Shown here piece after piece: positions 8,364-17,112 of a DNA stretch of 51,073 nt. The notes under the pieces were generated by a model, which did no database searches, had not been told where the DNA came from, and saw only the letters and a list, made by a program, of their open reading frames with translations. The first letter of the stretch is position 1; each line of letters starts with the position of its first letter. A program made the position numbers and the translations under genes. This DNA is from a virus (lineage: Duplodnaviria > Caudoviricetes), in IMG/VR virus record IMGVR_UViG_3300046786_000189, positions 1 through 51,073 of that record; one strand, written 5' to 3'.

Positions 8364-10432
8364 TAACATTAAAGAACATTACACTCAGAAACTTTTTAAG
8401 TATTGGTAACGTAACACAAGCAGTAGACTTTGATAAGAAAGACCTAACACTTATTCTAGGCGAGAACTTAGACTTAGGTGGTGACGGTGCTCGTAATGGT
8501 ACGGGCAAAACTACATTGATTCAAGGTCTATGCTATGCTTTGTTCGGTGTACCCATTAATAACATTCGCAAAGATAACTTAGTTAATCGCACGAATGGTA
8601 AGGGTATGCTAGTTACATTAGAGTTTAATGTTAATGGTAACGAATACAAGATTGAGCGTGGCCGCAAGCCAAACATTCTAAAGTTTTACGTTAACAACGT
8701 ACAACAAAAGAATCAGGACGATGCTCAAGGTGAGAACAAAGAAACACAAGGATTGATACAACGTACAATCAACATGACTCCGGACATGTTCCGTCACATT
8801 GTTGTATTGAATACATATAGTGAACCATTCCTTGCACTAAAATCTAACGAACAACGTGATATCATTGAACAACTATTGGGCATCACATTGTTGTCTGAGA
8901 AGGCTGAAGTCATTAAGGAAATGATTCGCAACACTAAGGATGATATCCAAAGTGAAGAATTCAAAGTAAAAGCCATTGAAGAAGCTAACAAACGTGTTAA
9001 GGAACAAATTGACAGCTTGAAGCGTAGACAAAAACTATGGCAATCAAAACATGACAGCGATTTACTTGCATTGGCTACTCAATACGATGAACTAATCAAA
9101 ATCGATATTGAAACAGAACTACAATCACATAGAGATTTATTAGTTTGGAATCAACAAAAGAAACAACAAGAAGCACACGAGGCTCTGGTTGCGCGCCACA
9201 CTGCATGGAAACAAAAACAAGATAAAGATATTAAGGCTTTGAAAGATAAGATGGATGTGTTAAGTCACATTGATTTTACATCCGAGTTGCAAGCACACAA
9301 AGATTTAGCTCTATACAATCAACAAGTTCAATTGAAAACTGCATACGACAGTAAGGTTGAAAGTTTGCGTAAAGAGATTACCAAAGAAGATAAGAACTAT
9401 AAGAAGTTAGAACAGGAAGTTAAAACATTACAAGAACACAAATGTTATGCTTGTGGACAAGACTTCCATGATGACCAACACACTACCGTTTTAAACAATA
9501 AAGTAGAATTACTAAACACTAGCAAAAGTCATTTGGATGATTTGAGATTTCAACTTGATGAATCAGTTGCTAGCCCAATTGTTGTAGGTGAGAAACCTAT
9601 TACACATTACAAAACTGAAGCAGAAGCAGTTCGTCAATCAACAGAAGTTGATAATATCAAAACACAGATAGCGGAGAAAACTAATGAAAATAACCCCTTT
9701 GACGCACAACTTCTTGAGACTCCTAGCGTTACTCTTGGCCGTCAACCCGTTACTCATTATGATACCGAAACGGAGGCTATTGAGCATAGAACAAAGGTAT
9801 CATCTTTACTATCACAAATTGAGAGCAAGGCGCAGGAGACTGATCCATATAGTGAGCAAGTCACTGATATGGAAACACAAGCCTTACAAGAAATAAACTT
9901 TGACAAGATTAATGAGTTAACGAGAACAATGGAACATCAGAAGTTCTTACTTGACTTATTGACCAGCAAAGATAGTTTTGTTCGTAAGAAAATTATTGAC
10001 CAAAACTTGAGTTATCTCAACGCACGACTAACTCACTACCTAGATAAGATTGGTCTACCGCATCAAGTTATTTTTAAGAATGACTTACAAGTTGAAATTA
10101 CAGAGTTGGGTCGTGAACTTGATTTTGATAACCTAAGTCGTGGCGAACGTAATCGTTTGATCTTAGGTCTCAGCTTTGCATTCCGAGACGTATGGGAGAA
10201 TCTGTATAGCCCGATCAATACATTATTTATTGATGAATTAATTGATTCTGGACTAGATACGATGGGCGTTGAGAATTCTATCGCTATTCTTAAGGACATG
10301 TCACGTAGGCGTCAAAAGTCTATTTGGCTTGTTTCTCACCGTGAAGAACTAGCTGGTAGAGTTCCTAACGTCTTGAAGGTAGTCAAAGAAAACGGATTCA
10401 CAAGCTACAATACTGCGGTAGATATAGAATAA
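8360..10432 (+). CDS. gp46: Recombination ATPase subunit, gp46/Rad50/SbcC-like
   Basis: Walker A GARNGTGKTT, coiled coil with central CYAC zinc hook, signature LSRGE, Walker B LFIDE and H-loop VSH. Confidence 0.93.
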   Translation: MITLKNITLRNFLSIGNVTQAVDFDKKDLTLILGENLDLGGDGARNGTGKTTLIQGLCYALFGVPINNIRKDNLVNRTNGKGMLVTLEFNVNGNEYKIERGRKPNILKFYVNNVQQKNQDDAQGENKETQGLIQRTINMTPDMFRHIVVLNTYSEPFLALKSNEQRDIIEQLLGITLLSEKAEVIKEMIRNTKDDIQSEEFKVKAIEEANKRVKEQIDSLKRRQKLWQSKHDSDLLALATQYDELIKIDIETELQSHRDLLVWNQQKKQQEAHEALVARHTAWKQKQDKDIKALKDKMDVLSHIDFTSELQAHKDLALYNQQVQLKTAYDSKVESLRKEITKEDKNYKKLEQEVKTLQEHKCYACGQDFHDDQHTTVLNNKVELLNTSKSHLDDLRFQLDESVASPIVVGEKPITHYKTEAEAVRQSTEVDNIKTQIAEKTNENNPFDAQLLETPSVTLGRQPVTHYDTETEAIEHRTKVSSLLSQIESKAQETDPYSEQVTDMETQALQEINFDKINELTRTMEHQKFLLDLLTSKDSFVRKKIIDQNLSYLNARLTHYLDKIGLPHQVIFKNDLQVEITELGRELDFDNLSRGERNRLILGLSFAFRDVWENLYSPINTLFIDELIDSGLDTMGVENSIAILKDMSRRRQKSIWLVSHREELAGRVPNVLKVVKENGFTSYNTAVDIE

Positions 10433-10465
10433 TTTTATACGTAGTTTTAGACGATAAGTAGTTGT

Positions 10466-11041
10466 ATGCCAAGTCCACAGAAAGCAAAAGGTTCAGGTTT
10501 CGAACGAGAAATAGCTAAGTTTCTTAGCGCAAAGTACGATGAGAGTTTCATTCGTGCTCCTGGATCCGGTGCATATGTGGGTGGCAAGAATCAAGTAAGA
10601 AAAGAAATGTTACATGAGGGACAGATTCGTTCTTTTAAGGGCGACATTGTTCCTGGACATTCTTTCAGCAAAATGAATGCAGAGTGCAAGTTTTACGCAG
10701 ACTTCCCGTTTCATCTATTACTTACAGGTGAATGCAAACAACTTGATTCGTGGTTAGACCAACTACTAGATGTTGAAGACGAGGGCGACATGAACATATT
10801 GTTTATGAAGTTCAATCGTATCGGCAAATTCGTTGTCGTACAACCAAAACTATCATGGGTTACTGATAATTTCATTTTCTATGCTAGTAAGAAGTACGGT
10901 GATTGGATCATCATAGAGTTTGATAACTTTTTCGAACATAACGCAGGTTTAGTAAAATTATATTCAGGCACCGAGCCAAAACCAAGCAATTCAACTGACA
11001 CCACGTCAAAATTTTCAATCAACACAATAGATATAACCTAA
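10466..11041 (+). CDS. PD-(D/E)XK nuclease, Hjc-like Holliday junction resolvase (putative)
   Basis: 'KAKGSGFERE...R.PGSGA...GDI...ECKFY' matches the E...GD...ExK pattern of Hjc-like phage resolvases. An ATAAGTA motif lies 5 nt upstream of the ATG. Confidence 0.7.
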   Translation: MPSPQKAKGSGFEREIAKFLSAKYDESFIRAPGSGAYVGGKNQVRKEMLHEGQIRSFKGDIVPGHSFSKMNAECKFYADFPFHLLLTGECKQLDSWLDQLLDVEDEGDMNILFMKFNRIGKFVVVQPKLSWVTDNFIFYASKKYGDWIIIEFDNFFEHNAGLVKLYSGTEPKPSNSTDTTSKFSINTIDIT

Positions 11042-11050
11042 CAATTAGTT

Positions 11051-11417
11051 GACTGTGTATGACAGTCCTCCTTGAGTCTGTACAGATAGTGCTGTGCCGA
11101 TAGAACTGGAGTCAGCATGAATAGTGATATTCATGGTATACCGAGAAGGCAATCGTCAAAGCGAACCTTCAATGAGTACATATCTAATTCTGTCTTGCGG
11201 ATATGTAACATGCGTTGCCGAAGAATCAAACCAACATAATGTTTGATAGCTTCACTACAGTCCCGAATACTTTACAGGGCAACCGGTAGCAGATAATAGC
11301 AATAATAGCTGATTGTCTGGGGAATAGACGGCAAAGGATGACGGGCATGGCAAGTTTCCATTGGTAGTGCTGAATAGCACTACCATGGCTTCAAAGCGGC
11401 AAGTATATTCCCCTCAA
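11051..11417 (+). ncRNA. Candidate large structured non-coding RNA (unassigned family)
   Basis: No ORF of 60 aa or more, and GC-richer than the flanks. About ten mutually compatible nested helices were found by hand, including CATGAATA-GTGA-TATTCATG (GNRA loop), TACATATC/GATATGTA, GTTGCC/GGCAAC, TACCG/CGGTA, CAGATAAT/ATTGTCTG (G-U), GGGAATA/TATTCCC, TGGTAGTGCT/AGCACTACCA and TTGAG/CTCAA. Confidence 0.6.
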
Positions 11418-11454
11418 ACATAATTAAGTAAAACAGTTAATAAAAATAAATCAG

Positions 11455-11518
11455 TCTAACCGAACGTAGTAGTGAGCGAAGCGAACTACAAGTGAAGGTA
11501 GATGACCGAAGGTCATCT
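11455..11518 (+). other. GAA-triloop hairpin cluster after an AT-rich tract (possible origin/ssDNA signal or terminator)
   Basis: GCGAAGC at 11476-11482 inside a GTAGT/ACTAC stem; perfect AGATGACC-GAA-GGTCATCT at 11500-11518; A/T-rich 11418-11452. Confidence 0.45.
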
Positions 11519-11564
11519 TTAAAGAGAAACGTAATTTGTGATAAATGACATACTACGGGTATTA

Positions 11565-11792
11565 TTAGAAGAATGCTAATCCTGTTTTCTTAGTAGTTTC
11601 TAAGTTATCATCAATCAATTCGTTAGCCATCTTCAATTCATCCGGGCTCATGTTTAACACATCTACATAGGATATACCACCACGCATATACCAAGAAATG
11701 CGTTGGGCGTTCTTCTTAACAGCCCTAACTTCTCTTTCCATTTGTTCTATCAGCTTCTCAATACCTGGGGCATCAAGATATAGAAGCCTCAT
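11565..11792 (-). CDS. Baseplate hub assembly protein, gp51-like (putative)
   Basis: Small ORF coupled (ATGA) downstream of the gp26-like gene; 'WYMRGGISY..VLNMS..E' pattern fits the gp26-gp51 synteny. Confidence 0.55.
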   Translation of the reverse strand: MRLLYLDAPGIEKLIEQMEREVRAVKKNAQRISWYMRGGISYVDVLNMSPDELKMANELIDDNLETTKKTGLAFF

Positions 11793-12616
11793 TCGAAAAA
11801 ATCAGAAATATTTAAGGTGAATGTTTGTTCGTATTCGTGACTACAATTTACACATTTCATATTCAATGGTTTCATCTGTGTAGTTTCACGAAGTTTTAAT
11901 CCAGTGTCTTTGATAAGTTCAAATACACTCTTTTCACTGTTTACAATGAATTCAAGGATAAACTCTTTTTCAGTAACTCTGGTATCGGGTGTTTGAATAT
12001 ACTCAATGGTGTTTGCCATAACATCCATAGTAGAGTTTGTAATCAATCGTAGCAATTCAGTTGATTTGGATGTACGTTCATCTTCATTTTCAATCAATTG
12101 TAGGTTCTGTAGAGCCTTTTGTATTTCAAATTGCTTGACTGAACTGTTAGTAACTTCTCTGTAATTCATTGGCTTGAATTTGATTTTTAAGTCATTGATT
12201 GTCAACAGTTGGTCATAGTCACCTGCTACAAAATTACCTAGAATGCGGCTTAGATTCACTCCGTATTTTGATTCTTCATTGCAACTTGGACAGGTAGACT
12301 CAATTTCCATTTCAGTACCATTAGTAGCAATACGAATAGCAACCAAAATAGCATCCATATCAAGATTATTGATTTTCCATGGATCTTTGATACTGGGAAC
12401 ACAGCTTTTGATAATATCACATACAGCCATACCATTATACAATGCGTCTGGGGTTTTAGCAGTGATTTCATCTAACGCTGTCATGGGATAAACTGGAAGT
12501 TCACCTGATTCCGGAATCGTCAACACAGTATTGTCGTAACCTACTCCTCTGCTAGGTAACTTCAAATAGATGCTTGGTCTGCGAAAATATTGTTTTAATG
12601 GGTTGTGATCGTGCAT
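11789..12616 (-). CDS. Baseplate hub assembly chaperone, gp26-like
   Basis: 'NPLKQYFRRP.IY.KLPS.G...PMTALDE...D.DAILVAIRIATNG...CPSC...CVNC' with two CxxC pairs. Start re-called at 12616 (CAGGAG SD). Confidence 0.75.
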   Translation of the reverse strand: MHDHNPLKQYFRRPSIYLKLPSRGVGYDNTVLTIPESGELPVYPMTALDEITAKTPDALYNGMAVCDIIKSCVPSIKDPWKINNLDMDAILVAIRIATNGTEMEIESTCPSCNEESKYGVNLSRILGNFVAGDYDQLLTINDLKIKFKPMNYREVTNSSVKQFEIQKALQNLQLIENEDERTSKSTELLRLITNSTMDVMANTIEYIQTPDTRVTEKEFILEFIVNSEKSVFELIKDTGLKLRETTQMKPLNMKCVNCSHEYEQTFTLNISDFFE

Positions 12617-12647
12617 GGTAACTCCTGAAACCGTTGATTTTTTACAA

Positions 12648-12672
12648 CTAAATACTATAGACAGATATTTAT
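12648..12672. promoter_or_regulatory. Overlapping face-to-face late promoter motifs
   Basis: CTAAATA on + (12648-12654) and ATAAATA on - (12672-12666) between the divergent gp26-like and tape-measure-like genes. Confidence 0.55.
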
Positions 12673-12684
12673 GAACCAAAAACC

Positions 12685-14772
12685 ATGGCAGATAATAATT
12701 TAACCGAAGCTGATAGACAAGTTCTTGAAGAATTCAGACGCATGACCAGAGCTACGGGTGATGCTGCCACAGACCTACAAAAAGCTAATACCAGAGCTGC
12801 TGAAACAGCTATGAGACTTCAGACCTCTATGACTCAAATGAGTAGTGGCGTCGTTAGTTTCAGTAAAGCGTTAGTTGATGGTCAGCAGGGTATGAGCAAA
12901 TACAGTGCAGGCGTCACTGAATTTGGTAACGGTATTTCTACTATCCTTAAAGGGTTTGGACCTTTTGGTATTGCTCTTGGTGTACTAGTCAAAGTATTAA
13001 CACTAGCCACTGGTGCTGTGTTAAAGAACAACGACCAAGTATTAGGTAACTATGACAAACTAAGTGAATTTGGTATTGCTGGTGGATTCACGGCAGAGAA
13101 ATTTCAAATCATGGCTCGTAACGCTGGCTACGCCGGCGAACGTTTGGGAGTGTTTGTTCCCATCATAGGAAAAGTAGGTTCAAGTCTATTAACGATTGGA
13201 AATTCTGCGTCTGACGGCATGAAGCGATTCATGGACATTGCAACCGTTGGGACAGATGTTAGAAACAAGTTTCAGAATTTGGGAGTTTCACAAGAGAAAT
13301 TAACAGAATCACAGGCTGACTATATCAGAATACAAGGTAGATATGGTGCATTGTATGTTAAGGATACCACGCAATTACGACAAGAATCACTGAGATATGC
13401 TAGAAACATAGTAGAGTTAGCCGCATTGACTGGACAAAGTATTGACCAAGTTAAGAAAGGTCAAGATGCTGATGCTGACGATTTGAAATTTAACTTAGCT
13501 ATTCGTAGAGAAGAAGCTAATCAGAACTATGATGTGGCTCAACGAATGAGAGATGCTAGTAGCAGAATACGCGGAACATTCACTGACGAAAAGTTTGTAG
13601 ATGGCTTCAGAGATATTATGGCTAACAATGCCGCAGTTAGTGAAAATGCAATTAACATCGTTAGAACATTGGGTGCACCAGTAGTTGAATGGACTAAGGC
13701 ATACAAAGCTGGCACCATGCCAATGGAAGAATTACTACAACGTATTCAAGATGGATACAAAACTAGAGAAAAAGAACTAGGTGTCGCATTAAGCGCAAAC
13801 GCAGAGTTACGTGAGGGTATGGGATACTCTAGTGAAGTTATAGCAGGCCTGGGTAAGAACATTCAAACTGGTATTGGTGGTATAATTTCTAATCAAACTA
13901 CTGCGGCAATGAAGTATAATGGTGAGTTGAAGGCTACACAAACTGCCAATGAAAATGCACGTATCGCATTATCAACTGCATTTGATAATTTGGTTGCATT
14001 GATATCAGGTCCTGTAAACAAAGCATTTACATTTGCTATGAATGGTGTTCGTGTAATGGTAAAAGGTATATTGAAAATACTTCCAAACGCTATAACAGGA
14101 ATGACCGATGATGAAATTGATGAAATGCTAGGTAGTGTTTCAGAAGTTCAAGAAAACTTAATTAAAAACGCAAAGAGACAAGCAGAAGTATTAGCAGAAA
14201 TGAAAACTGCTAAAACTGATACTACACCTATTACTGATATCATGGGTAATATAACCGGATACAGTGAAAGTGAAAAAGATGTACTAGATAAGAAATTACA
14301 AGAACTAAAACAACAAGAAAATAAACAACGTGCATTGATGGATAAACTTAATAAACGTGATTCAGGTGAAACATTGAATCCACTATTAGGTAAAGAGCCT
14401 GGTACAAAAACTGCTGGTCAACCTCAAATGGGCAGAGCCATCAATATACCAAACATGCCTAGTGGTGATGGTTCTATCACTATGCCTAGCGGTAAGAGTG
14501 TACCTATTAGTATCAGTAACTTACCTAGTCAGTTGAATAGTAGGGAAGAAAATCCATTATTGAGCGAAGCCATTGTAAACAAACTACGTGACTACGCAGC
14601 TTCTTCTGAATCAAAAGCAGTAGAAGTAACACTACCTGCATCAGATGTTACTAAGAAAAGAATATTAGAAGATGCGTTTGTCTTGTTAGCAGATAAACTA
14701 GATGATTTGGTTGAAAAGATGAAAGAAAACTCTGATATGCAGGGTGAAATATTAACTCTAGTTAAGAGATAA
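12685..14772 (+). CDS. Tape-measure-like protein, paralog 1
   Basis: 695 aa, Ala/Gly-rich and helical with a hydrophobic stretch (FGPFGIALGVLVKVLTLATGAV). Adjacent to hub assembly genes and colinear with the next ORF. Confidence 0.55.
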   Translation: MADNNLTEADRQVLEEFRRMTRATGDAATDLQKANTRAAETAMRLQTSMTQMSSGVVSFSKALVDGQQGMSKYSAGVTEFGNGISTILKGFGPFGIALGVLVKVLTLATGAVLKNNDQVLGNYDKLSEFGIAGGFTAEKFQIMARNAGYAGERLGVFVPIIGKVGSSLLTIGNSASDGMKRFMDIATVGTDVRNKFQNLGVSQEKLTESQADYIRIQGRYGALYVKDTTQLRQESLRYARNIVELAALTGQSIDQVKKGQDADADDLKFNLAIRREEANQNYDVAQRMRDASSRIRGTFTDEKFVDGFRDIMANNAAVSENAINIVRTLGAPVVEWTKAYKAGTMPMEELLQRIQDGYKTREKELGVALSANAELREGMGYSSEVIAGLGKNIQTGIGGIISNQTTAAMKYNGELKATQTANENARIALSTAFDNLVALISGPVNKAFTFAMNGVRVMVKGILKILPNAITGMTDDEIDEMLGSVSEVQENLIKNAKRQAEVLAEMKTAKTDTTPITDIMGNITGYSESEKDVLDKKLQELKQQENKQRALMDKLNKRDSGETLNPLLGKEPGTKTAGQPQMGRAINIPNMPSGDGSITMPSGKSVPISISNLPSQLNSREENPLLSEAIVNKLRDYAASSESKAVEVTLPASDVTKKRILEDAFVLLADKLDDLVEKMKENSDMQGEILTLVKR

Positions 14773-14774
14773 TA

Positions 14775-17096
14775 ATGAGTGATGACGTTAAACAAACAGT
14801 AGAACTTATTAACCAGTTACAGCGTGACGCTATGGATAACCTACGTCAATCCAATCGTGACGCTAGTGTGTCTGCTGATAGAGTCCAAACTGCATTTAAA
14901 GACTTTACTAAAGTAGTAAAATCAACTACTACTGCGTTTGCGTCAGGTGATAGCTCCTTTAAGAAATTTAATGCTTCAGTAGATGCCGCAACCGAAGCTA
15001 CAAGTAAAGCAGTTGGCAGTTTTGGTTTGTTAGGAGCTGCGGCAGCAGGTATAGTCAAAATAATAGGTGCAGTAACAAAAGGTGTATTTGATTATAATGA
15101 CAATATGCTTAAAGGCTATGACGCCTTAGCACAGTTTGGTACTGCAATAGGAACTAGCAGTGATGCACTTAACGATTTAGTAAACAATTCTGGTTTCACA
15201 TCAGTAACAATAGATGGGTTTGTAAAAGCATTTACTGAAGCTAACGGTGCGTTGCTTAATATGGGCAACACCTCTGCAGAGGCATTGGCACGATTCTCTG
15301 ATATACTACGTGTGTCTCCTGAAATTAGAGACCAAATGGTGAGACTTGGTTATTCACAAGACCAATTTGCAGCCATACAAGCCAAATACATTTCTCTCCA
15401 AGCATCGTATGGTATGAATCTAGCTAAGACTGGAAGAAATACTAGTTTTGAAGCAGTCGAATATGCCAAAACAATCAATACGTTGTCAGGCTTAACAGGT
15501 GAAGAGCGTGACAAAGTAGCCGCTAGACTAGCAGAAAATGCACGTGACGTTGCATTCACTTTAAAGATAAGAAGATTAAGACGTGAAGGTAATAATGAAG
15601 CTGCTGATAGATTAGAGAAAGCGGCTTACTTAGCATCAGTATCATTTGGTCCTACGTTGGGTGCAGGTGTTAGAGATTTCTTAGCTAATGGATTTGCTAC
15701 CACCAGACAAGGTGAAGCAGTTATAATGAATTCTCAAGGTTATGCTGCAAAATGGACAGAACAAATCGAAAAAGGTGAGATAGATCCATTACAATTTAAC
15801 CAGTTACTAGCTAAAGGATCATTAGCGTTAGTTCATTCAAATACTGAAGCATTACAATTGAGTAAGTCATATGAAGAAGATACTGGAATAACTGCACGTA
15901 GTATCGAAAATAGTATTAACTTACTCAAAGTAAAATCTATGAATGAAATGGATTCGTTTGTAGACAATATAACTAAACCAAAAGCATCTAAACTAAAAGA
16001 CACTCAAGCCACTCAATTGAGAACTGAAAGAATGGCTGCTATCGCTATGGATAAGATTGCAAGACAAGTATCAGGTCCAGTAAACAAAGCATTTGTACGA
16101 CTAGCAAATACTGTCACAAGATTTGCACAGGGTACAATAGAGTTTGCAGCTAGATTGGGAATTACTGGAGCCAAAGAACTTCAAGACTCAATGCTAACAG
16201 TGGAACAAATAGATTCTAGATTGGGACAAGTTGAAAATCAATCAAAAAGATTGTTTGAAGCTGAAAAAACTTTAACAGATACGGGTAGAATGACCCCAAA
16301 ACAACGCAAGGAAATTAGCGACTTGCGTAGATATTACACTGACGAATTGGTTAGATATAAAAAATTACGTAAAGCAAAGGTAACCGAAGCAGTACCAGCT
16401 GCAACAGAAACTACAACAGCTAAACCTACTACAACTGAAAATGGTTTTGAGCAAGCAACAAGTGCTGGATTGATACTTAAAGCAGGTGATGTTGCTGACA
16501 AGCCAGTAACTCAAGCAACATTAGAATTAGCAAAACGTGTACAAGCTGAACTTCCCGGCTTTGTAAAATTTACTAGTTTGAATGATAAGTATCACCAAAA
16601 AAATCTACCTGGTAGCTTACACGCTAAGGGACAAGCCTTTGACTTTGTGTTGGATCGTACACCTACAGTAGAAGAAGGTAGAAAGATTGTTGAGACATTA
16701 AAGAGTTGGGGCGCATCATATGTACAAGACGAATACAATTTCCCAAGTCCAGGCGCTGTGGGTAAAGGACACATTCACGCACAACTGAAAGCTATGTTTG
16801 GTGACATATTTGATGGTCCTAAATCTGGCTACAATATTGAAGCACACGGTAGAGAAGCGGTTATACCATTAATGGCGGACAACAGCATCCCGGTAACACT
16901 AAGTGGGTCAATGTTAACCGAAAAGATATCTACCCTTGTAGCTAAAGCGGTCAATCAAATAGTTACAAGTAAACAAGATGATAAGTTAGACATTGAAATT
17001 TTGAATATGCTTATGACTAAAGTAGAAGAATTGACCAATAGAATTGAATACAGTACTAATATACAGTCAGAAGTTAAAATGTTTATGAGCAGTTAA
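14775..17096 (+). CDS. Tape-measure-like protein, paralog 2, with peptidase M15-like (LAS) zinc domain
   Basis: Colinear with paralog 1. Extra domain has H-x6-D (SLHAKGQAFD, 16620-16643) and HxH (GHIH, 16770-16778), followed by 'AHGREAVIPL'. Confidence 0.6.
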   Translation: MSDDVKQTVELINQLQRDAMDNLRQSNRDASVSADRVQTAFKDFTKVVKSTTTAFASGDSSFKKFNASVDAATEATSKAVGSFGLLGAAAAGIVKIIGAVTKGVFDYNDNMLKGYDALAQFGTAIGTSSDALNDLVNNSGFTSVTIDGFVKAFTEANGALLNMGNTSAEALARFSDILRVSPEIRDQMVRLGYSQDQFAAIQAKYISLQASYGMNLAKTGRNTSFEAVEYAKTINTLSGLTGEERDKVAARLAENARDVAFTLKIRRLRREGNNEAADRLEKAAYLASVSFGPTLGAGVRDFLANGFATTRQGEAVIMNSQGYAAKWTEQIEKGEIDPLQFNQLLAKGSLALVHSNTEALQLSKSYEEDTGITARSIENSINLLKVKSMNEMDSFVDNITKPKASKLKDTQATQLRTERMAAIAMDKIARQVSGPVNKAFVRLANTVTRFAQGTIEFAARLGITGAKELQDSMLTVEQIDSRLGQVENQSKRLFEAEKTLTDTGRMTPKQRKEISDLRRYYTDELVRYKKLRKAKVTEAVPAATETTTAKPTTTENGFEQATSAGLILKAGDVADKPVTQATLELAKRVQAELPGFVKFTSLNDKYHQKNLPGSLHAKGQAFDFVLDRTPTVEEGRKIVETLKSWGASYVQDEYNFPSPGAVGKGHIHAQLKAMFGDIFDGPKSGYNIEAHGREAVIPLMADNSIPVTLSGSMLTEKISTLVAKAVNQIVTSKQDDKLDIEILNMLMTKVEELTNRIEYSTNIQSEVKMFMSS

Positions 17097-17112
17097 CGAT
17101 AAATATCTTACT

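Noticed and set aside
11051-11417. Identification of the structured region as RNase P RNA, tmRNA, tRNA or a group I/II intron
   Set aside because: It lacks the RNase P GAGGAAAGUCC and terminal motifs, tRNA-like ends (TTCGA, CCA), a group II domain V, and a convincing group I P7/J8-7 context. It does not interrupt a gene.
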